Of a stretch of DNA of 64,000 bases, positions 42,204 to 51,099 are shown piece after piece; the first letter of the stretch is position 1, and each line of letters starts with the position of its first letter. Location of the stretch: contig CAINDP010000153.1 in NCBI GenBank assembly GCA_903847405.1, positions 4,121 through 68,120 on the forward strand, written 5' to 3'. This DNA comes from an uncultured Myxococcales bacterium (GTDB taxonomy: Bacteria; Myxococcota_A; UBA9042; DTJE01). The notes beneath the pieces were generated by a model that had not been told where the DNA came from, ran no database searches, and was given only the letters and a program-made list of their open reading frames with translations. Position numbers and translations under genes: made by a program.

Positions 42204-44460
42204 GGGACCCTCCCTCGGCGGACGGGACGTCGATGTCCTCCCACCCGTCGATCATCGCGCTGACATTCGAGAACACGGTCCGTCCGGTCGTCGTCAGGTA
42301 CAGGTGCAGCACGAAGAAGGACAGGAACAGCCAGGAACCCAGGTTGTGCAGGGGCGCGACCACGGTCAGCCCGCCGATGGAAGACGCAAAGTCGGGCCAG
42401 CGCGAGGCCCCCCAGATCAGCACGCCGGTGACCACCTGGAAGGGGAACAGCACGTTCAGCAGCCCCAGGTACGTGATCTGCTGCAGCGGGTTCATCTTGC
42501 GGTCGGCGGTCTTCGCGGGGTGCGGCTGGCCCACGAAGATGCCCTGCAGGTAGTACTGGGCCTGCGCCGCCACCCGCCCGGGCAGGTCGTGACGCCCGGG
42601 GACGAACTGCCGGATCGCATCGCTGGCCAGGTGGTAGAACAGCGACAGGAAGGCGTTGACGATCATCACGACGGCAACGATGTTGTGAAGCTTCACCGCC
42701 AGCGGCAGGCCCACCAGCGTCCAGTTGCCGCCGAAATGGACCTCGACCCCCGTGACCATCAGCACCAGGATGCTGGAGGCCATCAGCCAGTGCCAGACGC
42801 GCTCATAGGCGGTGTACAGGTAGGCCTTGCGCGTCGGACGATGGCCATGGGCAAAGCGGCCGCGCGCCCGGAGCCGCAGCCCGCCGTGCACCGCGACCCC
42901 GGCCAGGACGCCAGCGAACGCCAGGAAGCCGAGGCGGTCGGTCCAGGTGCCTTGCGAGTGGCCGAAGACGTGGAAGGACGCTCCCGAATCCCGCTGCAGG
43001 ACCAGGCCATGGCCGTCCGGCGACGCCACGACGCCTCCGAAGGCCAGGCCGCCTCCCTCGGGAACCGTCGGGACGACGCCGCCGGGATAGGGAGCGGAGG
43101 CCAGGGGAATCGCCGCGTTCAGACGGGAATCCTCGGCGTGACAACCGGTGCAGTCCCTCTGCACCGCGGGACCGGACACGACGTCGTGGTTCACGGGCCG
43201 CGGAACGATCGCGGTCCGGATTTGCGGATCCGCGACGCCTCCAGCCGCCAGGCGTGACCGGAGAACCGCGACCTTTGCCGGTGTGTCCAGGCGCACCTCC
43301 GCGACGTCCAGGCGGCCATCGCCGTTGCCATCCAACGCGCGCACCACCTCGTTCGCGTAGGTGTCACCCTCGAACCATGCCGCCCGGACGGCGGCAAACG
43401 GAATCTCGTCACCGGCAGGACCCGACGCCCAGAACCACCGGGTGACCAGGTTGAAGGGTGCGATGCGCATCCCCTCGGCAGGGTCCGTGCGGGCCAAAAG
43501 GAACGGCGCGTACCCCGTGGCGAAGGCCGTGTTCAGCGACTGGTCGTCGGCGCGGTCCAGGCCGCGGTACTCCACGCGCGGACCGCCACCGGGCAGCATC
43601 ACCGTGGCGTCCACCGAGCGCGCCGCCGGGCCCGCGAGGGTCGGCACGTGGCAGGCACGGCAGTCCAGCGTGTCCATGTGGCGTTTCGTGTAGGGCAGGA
43701 ACGCGTGGACCTTCAGGGGGTCGTGGCAGGACCGGCAGGTCGCGGCGACGAGTTCATGGTCCGGCCGACGCAGGAACTGGGACAGGGCAATCTTGCGCGG
43801 ATCGTTCAGCAGGAAGTCCAGCGCCGTGTGCTTCACGTCGGCCTTCGCCGGGTTGTTCCGGGCGAAGTGGCAGTCCGTGCACGCGACCAGGCGTCGCGAA
43901 TGGACGTCCCAAGGATTGGTCCGCGCCGCCTTGTCCTTCAGATTCAGCCACGAATCGCCGACGGCCTGGGGCGACAGGATTTCGCCGGTGTCGCGGGTCA
44001 GGGCGTAGGTGTGCCCACCGGACGCACCCGGGACCGCCGACTCGAAGTCGTCAGGAATCGTCAGGGGCTCCGTCCCGCCGTGGACGATCCCGTGGCAGAA
44101 GGCGCAGTTTTCGTCCCGCGGGGCCCGGATGCGGATCGCCTCCCGGCGCAGCAGGCCCGTTTCGTCGAAGACCGTCGGGTCGGTCGGCAGGCGACTGCCC
44201 TCGAAGTGGCACTCGGCGCACGTCGCCTGCCGCCCGTCCCGGGAGTGCGGGTTGTGGGCGTCGATGTAGGCGGCGTCATGGCAGGCGCCACAGGTCTTTC
44301 CCGACGACGGGGCGCCGCCGGACACCGCGATTCGCTGCCCCGCCTCGTCCAGGATCGGGAACGCCGGGTGCATCGGGTTCGCGGGCCCCTGGGCACGGGC
44401 CTCCGGCGCGAAGATGGTACCGACCACTGCCGCAAGAATGACCGCAGGAATCCGTCTCAT
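42196..44460 (-). CDS. Heptaheme c-type cytochrome fused to a cytochrome b (quinol-oxidising) membrane domain
   Basis: Signal peptide; seven CxxCH; YERVWHW, KMNPLQQITY, LHNLG, LHLYLTTTG, SAMIDGWE. Confidence 0.88.
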   Translation of the reverse strand: MRRIPAVILAAVVGTIFAPEARAQGPANPMHPAFPILDEAGQRIAVSGGAPSSGKTCGACHDAAYIDAHNPHSRDGRQATCAECHFEGSRLPTDPTVFDETGLLRREAIRIRAPRDENCAFCHGIVHGGTEPLTIPDDFESAVPGASGGHTYALTRDTGEILSPQAVGDSWLNLKDKAARTNPWDVHSRRLVACTDCHFARNNPAKADVKHTALDFLLNDPRKIALSQFLRRPDHELVAATCRSCHDPLKVHAFLPYTKRHMDTLDCRACHVPTLAGPAARSVDATVMLPGGGPRVEYRGLDRADDQSLNTAFATGYAPFLLARTDPAEGMRIAPFNLVTRWFWASGPAGDEIPFAAVRAAWFEGDTYANEVVRALDGNGDGRLDVAEVRLDTPAKVAVLRSRLAAGGVADPQIRTAIVPRPVNHDVVSGPAVQRDCTGCHAEDSRLNAAIPLASAPYPGGVVPTVPEGGGLAFGGVVASPDGHGLVLQRDSGASFHVFGHSQGTWTDRLGFLAFAGVLAGVAVHGGLRLRARGRFAHGHRPTRKAYLYTAYERVWHWLMASSILVLMVTGVEVHFGGNWTLVGLPLAVKLHNIVAVVMIVNAFLSLFYHLASDAIRQFVPGRHDLPGRVAAQAQYYLQGIFVGQPHPAKTADRKMNPLQQITYLGLLNVLFPFQVVTGVLIWGASRWPDFASSIGGLTVVAPLHNLGSWLFLSFFVLHLYLTTTGRTVFSNVSAMIDGWEDIDVPSAEGGSHD

Positions 44461-45929
44461 CGGCGACCTCCCGTCGTCAGCGGGTCGCCGTCGTAGCCCA
44501 GGGCCTTCCAGTCCATTCGTGTCGTCCTTTCATCGAGGTTGCCCGAGGCGGCTGCGCCTGTGCGCTCGGGCAGGCCGTGGCAATCGGTGCACTGCAGCGC
44601 GGCTTCCTTCGGCGCGACCATGTGTGACAGCGGCCAGTGCATCGCCGTCTGCGCGAAGCCATACTCGCCGCTGTACTGGATCCCCGAAGCATCCGCGCCC
44701 AGCCGCAACGCCTTCTCCCAGTCGAAGTCGTGCCAGAAGCCGCCCGCACCGCTGGTCACGGGGGGCAACAGGATGTCCCGTTTCCGGTCGTAGGGTTGCA
44801 GGGCCCGGTGGACCTTGAACGGCCAGATTTTCGCCGTGCGATCGTGGATGTTCCCGCGGGGCCGATTGATGGTTGTCGTCGTCGCCGGATCCATCGGGTC
44901 GCCCAGCAGGTATCGGTCCACGGTGCCGTTGAACCAGTCGTACTCGGGCACGATGTCGTGGTCGTACACGAACTCGCCCTTGATCTTCAGGTAGGTGTGC
45001 GGGTCGTCGGGACGGTTCGGGTCGCCGCCCTTGCTCCAGTCCCAGAACGTCTTGGTGGGCAGGCGGCGGGCGTAGGTCGGGACATGGCAGGTGGTGCAGG
45101 CGACGCTGTCAAGGTGCGTGTTGATCCGCGCATCCTGGTGCGGAGGCGCCTTGTGGCAGTCGACGCAGCCGATGCCGCCCTCGTCCGTGACGCTGACCGA
45201 AAACGCGCGGCCACGAATGAGGTGCTTTTCCGTCCGATGGCAGTCGATGCAAAGGAACCCGCTCTGCCCCATGTGGACGTCGTCGTCCCGGGTCGGGTTT
45301 TCCAGGCTGCTGTCCAGATCGCCGTGCTTCACCCCCTGGCCACCGCCGCCGTAACTGTGGCACACCGAGCAGTTTTCCCGTTTCGGGAAGCCCACCGATT
45401 TCGCCACGGCCAGCAGGTCCACACCCTTGGCCGGGAGGCCCTCGTCACCCTTCACGTAGGAACCCGAACGCTCGTGGCAGACCAGGCAGTCGACCGACTC
45501 GGCGCGGTTGAAGTCGAACTTCTCGTCCTTCCAGCCGTACCCCGCGTGGCACTTCGTGCACGAGGCCCAGTTGCCGGTGATGTTGATGCAGAAGTTGTTC
45601 AGCAGGTTCTTCTTGCCGATTCGCATCGTCCCGTCGTGTCCCGGGACCGTGACAGGATCGCCCAGCCACTGCCAGTGCGCCGTCTGCATCAGGTCCGAGG
45701 CGGCCTGGGGGTGGCAGTTCAGGCAGGCCTTCGTGACTTCCTGCGGCGTCCCGAAGGCCTCCGTGAAGAAGGGCGCGTGGTCCAGATGGGTGCGGACCCG
45801 CTTCCGGAAATCCGCCCGCGCGGCCGCGTCGGCCGGGGGATGGACGGGCGACGCGACGACCCAGGCGACGACTCCCGCAATCACCAGTGCCAGGACCACG
45901 ACCCACATCTGCTTGAACCGGCCAGTCAT
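44457..45929 (-). CDS. otr: Octaheme tetrathionate reductase family cytochrome c
   Basis: Eight CxxCH; VTKACLNCH, GKKNLLNNFCI, CHAGYGW, KHGDLD, KIWPFKVH, HMVAPKEAALQC. Confidence 0.92.
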   Translation of the reverse strand: MTGRFKQMWVVVLALVIAGVVAWVVASPVHPPADAAARADFRKRVRTHLDHAPFFTEAFGTPQEVTKACLNCHPQAASDLMQTAHWQWLGDPVTVPGHDGTMRIGKKNLLNNFCINITGNWASCTKCHAGYGWKDEKFDFNRAESVDCLVCHERSGSYVKGDEGLPAKGVDLLAVAKSVGFPKRENCSVCHSYGGGGQGVKHGDLDSSLENPTRDDDVHMGQSGFLCIDCHRTEKHLIRGRAFSVSVTDEGGIGCVDCHKAPPHQDARINTHLDSVACTTCHVPTYARRLPTKTFWDWSKGGDPNRPDDPHTYLKIKGEFVYDHDIVPEYDWFNGTVDRYLLGDPMDPATTTTINRPRGNIHDRTAKIWPFKVHRALQPYDRKRDILLPPVTSGAGGFWHDFDWEKALRLGADASGIQYSGEYGFAQTAMHWPLSHMVAPKEAALQCTDCHGLPERTGAAASGNLDERTTRMDWKALGYDGDPLTTGGRR

Positions 45930-46255
45930 CACGACGCCTCCTGTATGCGAATCTCGGCGGTGATCGCATCGCCCGACAGGCATTTCAGGACTTCGCCGAG
46001 TCGTTCGAGGTTCAACCTGTACCAGGCGAAGCCGCTGGCCCGCCGCACCTCGACCAGGCCGTTCATCCGCAGAATGGCCAGTTGGCCGGAAACGACGGCC
46101 TGGGGGGTTTTCAGGACCTCGGTCAACTGGCTGACGTTGGCCTCGCCTTCCCGCAGCACGGCCAGCAGTTCCAGCCGTATCGGGTGCGCCACGGCGCGCA
46201 GCAGGGTCGCCATCCGAACCGCCTTCGTCGGGTCCAGGGCCAGGGATCCCGTCAT
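45929..46255 (-). CDS. ArsR/SmtB-family transcriptional regulator
   Basis: LRAVAHPIRLELL, VSGQLAILR; single Cys (VLKCL); GGAGG RBS. Confidence 0.92.
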   Translation of the reverse strand: MTGSLALDPTKAVRMATLLRAVAHPIRLELLAVLREGEANVSQLTEVLKTPQAVVSGQLAILRMNGLVEVRRASGFAWYRLNLERLGEVLKCLSGDAITAEIRIQEAS

Positions 46256-46354
46256 GGTCCACCTCCTTGCTCACCCAGCCGAGCGCAAAGCCGCCTCGGG
46301 TGCTTCCGACAGCCCCGAGCGCATCGCACGGGGTCCGGGACGGCACGGGGGTGA

Positions 46355-46370
46355 AGCAGGAGACGTGCCA
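46355..46370 (-). promoter_or_regulatory. Sigma-54 promoter of the arsR-otr operon
   Basis: TGGCACGTCTCCTGCT, close to consensus TGGCAC-N5-TTGCW. Confidence 0.85.
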
Positions 46371-46380
46371 TGGACCGGCG

Positions 46381-46412
46381 ATGTATCGAGATATTGATAT
46401 ATCAGCGACTTG
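46381..46412. promoter_or_regulatory. Overlapping putative ArsR operator and IHF site
   Basis: ATGTATC-N8-GATATAT (46381-46402); TATCAGCGACTTG (46400-46412) fits WATCAR-N4-TTR. Confidence 0.65.
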
Positions 46413-46446
46413 CGCAGAGCAGCGTCCGACAGGGGCGCTCGCCAGA

Positions 46447-46485
46447 GGTCGCACCGATGCCTCCTCAGGTTGCAGTTCTGCGACC
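46447..46485. promoter_or_regulatory. Tandem enhancer, putative OrpR-like sites
   Basis: GGTCGCA-CCGA-TGCCTCC and GGTTGCA-GTTC-TGCGACC, 21 bp apart. Confidence 0.65.
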
Positions 46486-46521
46486 TTGATGGGAGTAAAC
46501 GCTGCGTTCCCGGTTGAAGGC

Positions 46522-46550
46522 TTGCGTTAGTGGGCAGATGCTAATAACTT
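46522..46550 (+). promoter_or_regulatory. Sigma-70 promoter with GGGCAGATGCTA in the spacer
   Basis: TTGCGT-17bp-TAACTT. Confidence 0.55.
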
Positions 46551-46579
46551 CCCCTGGGTCAAACGGTGGAGGCTACCCC

Positions 46580-47938
46580 ATGGGCTGCGGTTTTCGAAAC
46601 GATCAAGGCGCGGACGGCATTGACGGAAACGGGCCCGAGGCGTTGGCCAAGCCCGACGACCTGGCCCGCGCTGCGATGCGTCTGATTCCCCATAAGGTGC
46701 TGGTGATGAGCGGGAAAGGGGGCGTCGGCAAGACGACGGTCGCCGTCAACCTCGCGTACGCCCTGGCTGCCGCCGGCCACAAGGTCGGGATCGTGGACGC
46801 GGACATGCACGGTCCCGATGTACCGCTGATGACCGGGATCGAGGGACTGCGGGCCGAGGCCAGCGACGAGGGGTTGATCCCCATCGAGGCTCCCGGCGGG
46901 GTCCGCGTCCTGTCGGTGTCCTCGTTCCTGACCTCCCCCGACGCCCCGGTGATCTGGCGCGGTCCGGCCAAGACCGGCGTCATCGCCCAGTTCCTGGGCC
47001 TGGCCGACTGGGAAGGCACCGAGGTGCTGATCGTGGACTGCCCCCCCGGAACCGGGGACGAACCCCTGTCCGTGGCCCAGATGATCCCGGACGCCGACGG
47101 CGTCGTGATCGTGACCTCCCCGCAAGGCGTGTCGCTGCTGGACAGCCGGAAGTGCGTCGGCTTCGCCCGCCAACTGGACCTGCCTGTGCTGGGCATCGTC
47201 GAAAACTTCTCGGGGTTCGCATGCCCGGGTTGCGGCCGCCGCATCGACCTGTTCAAGCGGGGCGGGGGCCAGCGCGCGGCGGCGGAACTGGGCATCCGCT
47301 TCCTGGGCAGCATTCCCATCACCGAGGCGATGGTCGAGGCAGGCGATTCGGGGCACCCCCTGGTGGCTTCGACCCCTGACGACCCCGCATCCCAGGCCTT
47401 GGCGGCCATCGCCCTGGCGATAACGGCCGACTGGGCGACCTCGGACGCCGTCGCGGCGGACTCCGATGCGGACCGGGCTCTTCCGCCGAAAGCCCTGGGC
47501 ACCCTGCGCCTCGGCGTGACGGCCGAGGACGACGCGGGCCTCGACGCCGTGATTTCCGGCCACTTCGGCCACGCTCCGGTCGTGATGGTGGTCGAGGTCC
47601 AGGACGGGAAGGTCCTGTCGGTGAAGCCGGTGGTCAACCCCGGCGCGACCAACCACCAGCCGGGCCAGATGCCCCGATTCCTGAAGAGCCTGGACGTGGA
47701 CGTGGTGCTGACGGGAACGATGGGCGAGCACGCGAAGTCCATGTTCGACGCCTTCGGGATCAAGGTCGTAGGCGGAGCGGACGGCACGGTGGGCCAGGCC
47801 CTGAACGCCTGGATACGTGGGGATCTGGCTGTGTGGGTCCCCTGCGGAGCCCACGGACACCACGGCGGCGGGTGCGGCGGCCACGGGCATGATCACGCTG
47901 GCGGCGGTTGCGGAGGCCACACCTCCGGACAGGACTGA
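46580..47938 (+). CDS. mrp: Mrp/NBP35 ATPase fused to a NifB/NifX-family domain (MrpORP-like), with His/Cys-rich tail
   Basis: Mrp motifs as in copy 1; SGHFGHAP, HQPGQMP, GTMG; tail CGAHGHHGGGCGGHGHDH. Confidence 0.92.
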   Translation: MGCGFRNDQGADGIDGNGPEALAKPDDLARAAMRLIPHKVLVMSGKGGVGKTTVAVNLAYALAAAGHKVGIVDADMHGPDVPLMTGIEGLRAEASDEGLIPIEAPGGVRVLSVSSFLTSPDAPVIWRGPAKTGVIAQFLGLADWEGTEVLIVDCPPGTGDEPLSVAQMIPDADGVVIVTSPQGVSLLDSRKCVGFARQLDLPVLGIVENFSGFACPGCGRRIDLFKRGGGQRAAAELGIRFLGSIPITEAMVEAGDSGHPLVASTPDDPASQALAAIALAITADWATSDAVAADSDADRALPPKALGTLRLGVTAEDDAGLDAVISGHFGHAPVVMVVEVQDGKVLSVKPVVNPGATNHQPGQMPRFLKSLDVDVVLTGTMGEHAKSMFDAFGIKVVGGADGTVGQALNAWIRGDLAVWVPCGAHGHHGGGCGGHGHDHAGGGCGGHTSGQD

Positions 47939-47983
47939 AGCGGGCGACTCGCCCGCCGGACCTGCCCGCCAGGCCCCTCCCTC

Positions 47984-48029
47984 TTGACGCGCCATCATGG
48001 ACCATTCATATTTCGCATGTGGCATATTT
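47984..48029 (+). promoter_or_regulatory. Sigma-70 promoter of sqr overlapped by a putative ArsR operator
   Basis: TTGACG-17bp-CATATT; ATATTTC-N8-CATATTT (48008-48029). Confidence 0.6.
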
Positions 48030-48076
48030 CTAGCGCGCCACGTGTCCAACGGTTCCATCGGGCCAAGGGGGGGTTC

Positions 48077-49246
48077 ATGAAAGCGCTGATCCTGGGAGGC
48101 GGCATCGGGGGCATCGAGGCGGCGATCGCGTTCCGCAAGGAGGGTTTCGAGGTCGAACTGGTGTCGGACCGGGAGTACCTTTTCGTCTACCCGATCGCCA
48201 TCTGGATCCCGGTCGGCACGGCGCGATTCGAGGATGTGGCCGTACCGCTGGACGATCTGGCACGCCGGCACGGTTTTTCCTGGACCCTGGACCGCGTCAC
48301 GGCCATCACCCCCGACACGGGAAGCATCACCCTGGAAAAGGCGGGGGAGCGCAGGGACTTCGACATCCTGGTCCTGGCCCTGGGTGCGGGCAAGATGAAG
48401 CACGAGGGGATGCAGAACACGCTGTCGATCTGCGGCGCACCCCAGCAGTCCCTGGCGCTGAAGGCGCGCATCGACGCGTTGATCCTGCAGGGCGGCGGCC
48501 GCATCGCCGTGGGTTTCGGCGGCAACCCGAAGGACCCCAGCGCGGTTCGCGGCGGGCCGGGCTTCGAGTTCGTCTTCAACCTGCACCACGTCCTGAAGAA
48601 GCGTGGTATCCGGGACCGCTTCACCCTGACGTTCTTCGCACCCATGGCCGAACCGGGCGCCCGGATGGGGCCGAAGGCGCTGGGGATGCTGGGGAAGATG
48701 TTCACCCGGTGCGGCATCCAGACACATTTCGGCAGCAAGATCCTAGGGTTCGACCCGGACGGCGTGCGCTTCGAGGATGGCAGCAAGGTCGACAGCGACC
48801 TGACGATGTTCATCGCGGCCGGCGACGGGCACCCCGTGATCAAGGCCTCGACGCTGCCCGTCAACGACGCCGGGTTCGTCCGGACCAACGACTTCCTGGA
48901 GGTGGAGGGCCGGCCGGGCTGGTACGCCGTGGGCGACACGGCTGCCCTGGAGGGCCCCGACTGGAAGGCGAAGCAGGGGCACGTGGCCGAGGTCATGGCA
49001 CGTCAGGCCGCCCACAACGCAGCCGTCACGCACCTGGGCCGAAGCGGCACCCGGCGCGGCTACCAGGCGCACCTCAGCATCCTGTGCGTGATGGACATGG
49101 GCAACGGCGCGGGCTTCGTGCACCGGGACGACCGGAAGGCCCGCCTGTGGTCGCTGCCGTTCGTGGGCCACTGGATGAAGAAGGGCTGGGGCTGGTACTA
49201 CCGGAACAGCAAGATGCGCTATTTCCCCCGACTGCCCGGAATGTGA
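48077..49246 (+). CDS. sqr: Sulfide:quinone oxidoreductase, type VI (SqrF)-like
   Basis: GGGIGG FAD motif; SICG; AVRGGPGFEF in place of the CxxP loop; AKQGH; ILCVMD; basic C-terminal helix. Confidence 0.75.
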   Translation: MKALILGGGIGGIEAAIAFRKEGFEVELVSDREYLFVYPIAIWIPVGTARFEDVAVPLDDLARRHGFSWTLDRVTAITPDTGSITLEKAGERRDFDILVLALGAGKMKHEGMQNTLSICGAPQQSLALKARIDALILQGGGRIAVGFGGNPKDPSAVRGGPGFEFVFNLHHVLKKRGIRDRFTLTFFAPMAEPGARMGPKALGMLGKMFTRCGIQTHFGSKILGFDPDGVRFEDGSKVDSDLTMFIAAGDGHPVIKASTLPVNDAGFVRTNDFLEVEGRPGWYAVGDTAALEGPDWKAKQGHVAEVMARQAAHNAAVTHLGRSGTRRGYQAHLSILCVMDMGNGAGFVHRDDRKARLWSLPFVGHWMKKGWGWYYRNSKMRYFPRLPGM

Positions 49247-49389
49247 TCCCCCCCAGGCCGGCGAACCTGCGATCCACGATCCCGTGCGATTCGATGTTCC
49301 GCTTGGCGGACGTCCGCGCTAGCATGCCGCAGCGGCAACCTGGGAACGGCTGACCGCCAGGCCGTCAGCAGCAGGGACTTCAACGGGGC

Positions 49390-51099
49390 ATGACCGTGGG
49401 TGGAACGGGGGGCGGTACCGCCGCGAAACTGGCGGCCTGCGGCCTGGTGCTGCTGCTGCTGCCGGTGGGTGGATGCATCCGCGAGCGGTGCTACCGGGAC
49501 CTGGATTGCCCGGCGCCGAAGGTATGCGGGGCTCAGGGAACCTGCGCCTGGCGGTGCGTCACGGCGGAGGATTGCGGATCCGGCTTCGACTGCGTCGCCC
49601 ACGCCTGCGAACCGCTGTCGGTGATCCCGGATTCGGGCCGGGAGGTCGGTGACGACGTCCCGGTGTCCGAACCCGAGTGCCCTGATGACATGGTGCTGGT
49701 ATCGAAGTCCTATTGCCTGGACCGCTACGAGGCGTCGCGAACGGACGCAACGGCGACCGGGCCCGGGGCCGATGGTTCCCGGGCCACGTCCCGGATGGGG
49801 GTGCTGCCCTGGCAGGTGGTGGACAACGCGACGGCCGCGGCGGCCTGCGTTGCGGCGGGCAAACGATTGTGCTCGCCGGCCGAGTGGGAGTACGCCTGCC
49901 ACGGTCCCGACGGGACCGAGTACGCCTATGGCAACGCCTACGCATCGACTGCCTGCAACGGGATCGACGCCTTTGGCGAGGGGGGCTTCCACCTGGCGCC
50001 CACCGGCTCGTTCCCGGGGTGCACGAATGGGTACGGCGCCTTCGACCTCAGCGGCAACCTGTGGGAGCACGTGGGGGAAGGCAGCGACATGACGGTCCGG
50101 GGCGGGGCCTTCAACTGCCGGGACTCGGCAGCATTGCACCGTTGCGGCTACGTGCCCGGCACCTGGACCCCTTCGGCGCGCGGATTCCGGTGCTGTGCTG
50201 CGCCCACCTTCCCGGCGGGCCCGCCCGAGGTCCCCGACGAGCCCCTCCTGCAGGACCTGCCGGTCCCGGTTGACGCCGCCGACATCCCGGACGTGCCGTC
50301 GCCGATCGATGCGGGGCCGGACGGTGACGGCGGAGGCTGCCTGGATCCCGACACGCCCCCGGATGCCCCCCGCGACGTGGACGCCGGGCCGTCCGATCCG
50401 GGCGCCGTCGATCCCGGCCCCACGGACTCCGGCGCGACGGACCCCGGTTCCGTGCCCCGTTGCCCCGCAGACATGGTCCCGGTGTCACCCGCCGGTGTCG
50501 CGGCCTGGTGCCTGGATCGATACGAAGCCAGTCGGGACGACGCGACGGGTTCCTCGACCGGAACCTCCTCCCGCCCGGCCAGCCGTCCCGGGGTCCTCCC
50601 CTGGCAATCCGTCACGCTGGACGCCGCGCGGACGGCCTGCGCGTCGGCGGGCAAGCGCCTGTGCACGCCGGCCGAGTGGATCAGTTCCTGCGCCGGGCCG
50701 GCCGCGACCGCCTACAGCTACGGCAACACGTATGTGGCCGACACCTGCAACGGCATCGATGCCTTCTGCGATTGTGCGGGAGCCTGCGCCGCCGTGGCCG
50801 CCTGCCCCTACCCGCACTGCCGTGTCCAGGCGTCGCCTGCCCTGGACGGGGGCCCCTGCGGGGCGTCCTTCCACGTGGTCCCCACCGGCGCCTTCCCGGC
50901 CTGCACCAACGAATGGGGCGCCTTCGACCTGAACGGGAACGTGTGGGAGATCGTGGAGCACGGGGACGGCGTCGAACACTTCCACGGCGGGGCGTACAAC
51001 TGCTCGGACTCCGAGGCTCTGCACCGCTGCGACTACGACGCCACGTGGGGACCATCCGCAAGGGGATTCCGCTGCTGCGCCGACACGGAGCCGCCGTGA
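49390..51099 (+). CDS. Cys-rich lipoprotein with two FGE-sulfatase (SUMF1/C-type-lectin-fold) domains
   Basis: VGGC lipobox; two copies of CLDRYEASR...GKRLCxxxEW...FDLxGN(L/V)WE...GFRCC. Confidence 0.85.
   Translation: MTVGGTGGGTAAKLAACGLVLLLLPVGGCIRERCYRDLDCPAPKVCGAQGTCAWRCVTAEDCGSGFDCVAHACEPLSVIPDSGREVGDDVPVSEPECPDDMVLVSKSYCLDRYEASRTDATATGPGADGSRATSRMGVLPWQVVDNATAAAACVAAGKRLCSPAEWEYACHGPDGTEYAYGNAYASTACNGIDAFGEGGFHLAPTGSFPGCTNGYGAFDLSGNLWEHVGEGSDMTVRGGAFNCRDSAALHRCGYVPGTWTPSARGFRCCAAPTFPAGPPEVPDEPLLQDLPVPVDAADIPDVPSPIDAGPDGDGGGCLDPDTPPDAPRDVDAGPSDPGAVDPGPTDSGATDPGSVPRCPADMVPVSPAGVAAWCLDRYEASRDDATGSSTGTSSRPASRPGVLPWQSVTLDAARTACASAGKRLCTPAEWISSCAGPAATAYSYGNTYVADTCNGIDAFCDCAGACAAVAACPYPHCRVQASPALDGGPCGASFHVVPTGAFPACTNEWGAFDLNGNVWEIVEHGDGVEHFHGGAYNCSDSEALHRCDYDATWGPSARGFRCCADTEPP

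Noticed and set aside
46511-46526. CGGTTGAAGGCTTGCG as a sigma-54 promoter for mrp copy 2
   Set aside because: GG-N10-GC spacing fits, but the -24 element is poor and a sigma-70-like promoter conserved in both mrp copies explains the region better
47940-47956. Hairpin GCGGGCG-ACT-CGCCCGC after mrp copy 2
   Set aside because: Short GC stem without a U-tract; common by chance at this GC content
49390-51099. FGE/C-type-lectin domains as diversity-generating retroelement targets
   Set aside because: No reverse transcriptase or non-coding template repeat in the window; the two domains look like ordinary diverged repeats
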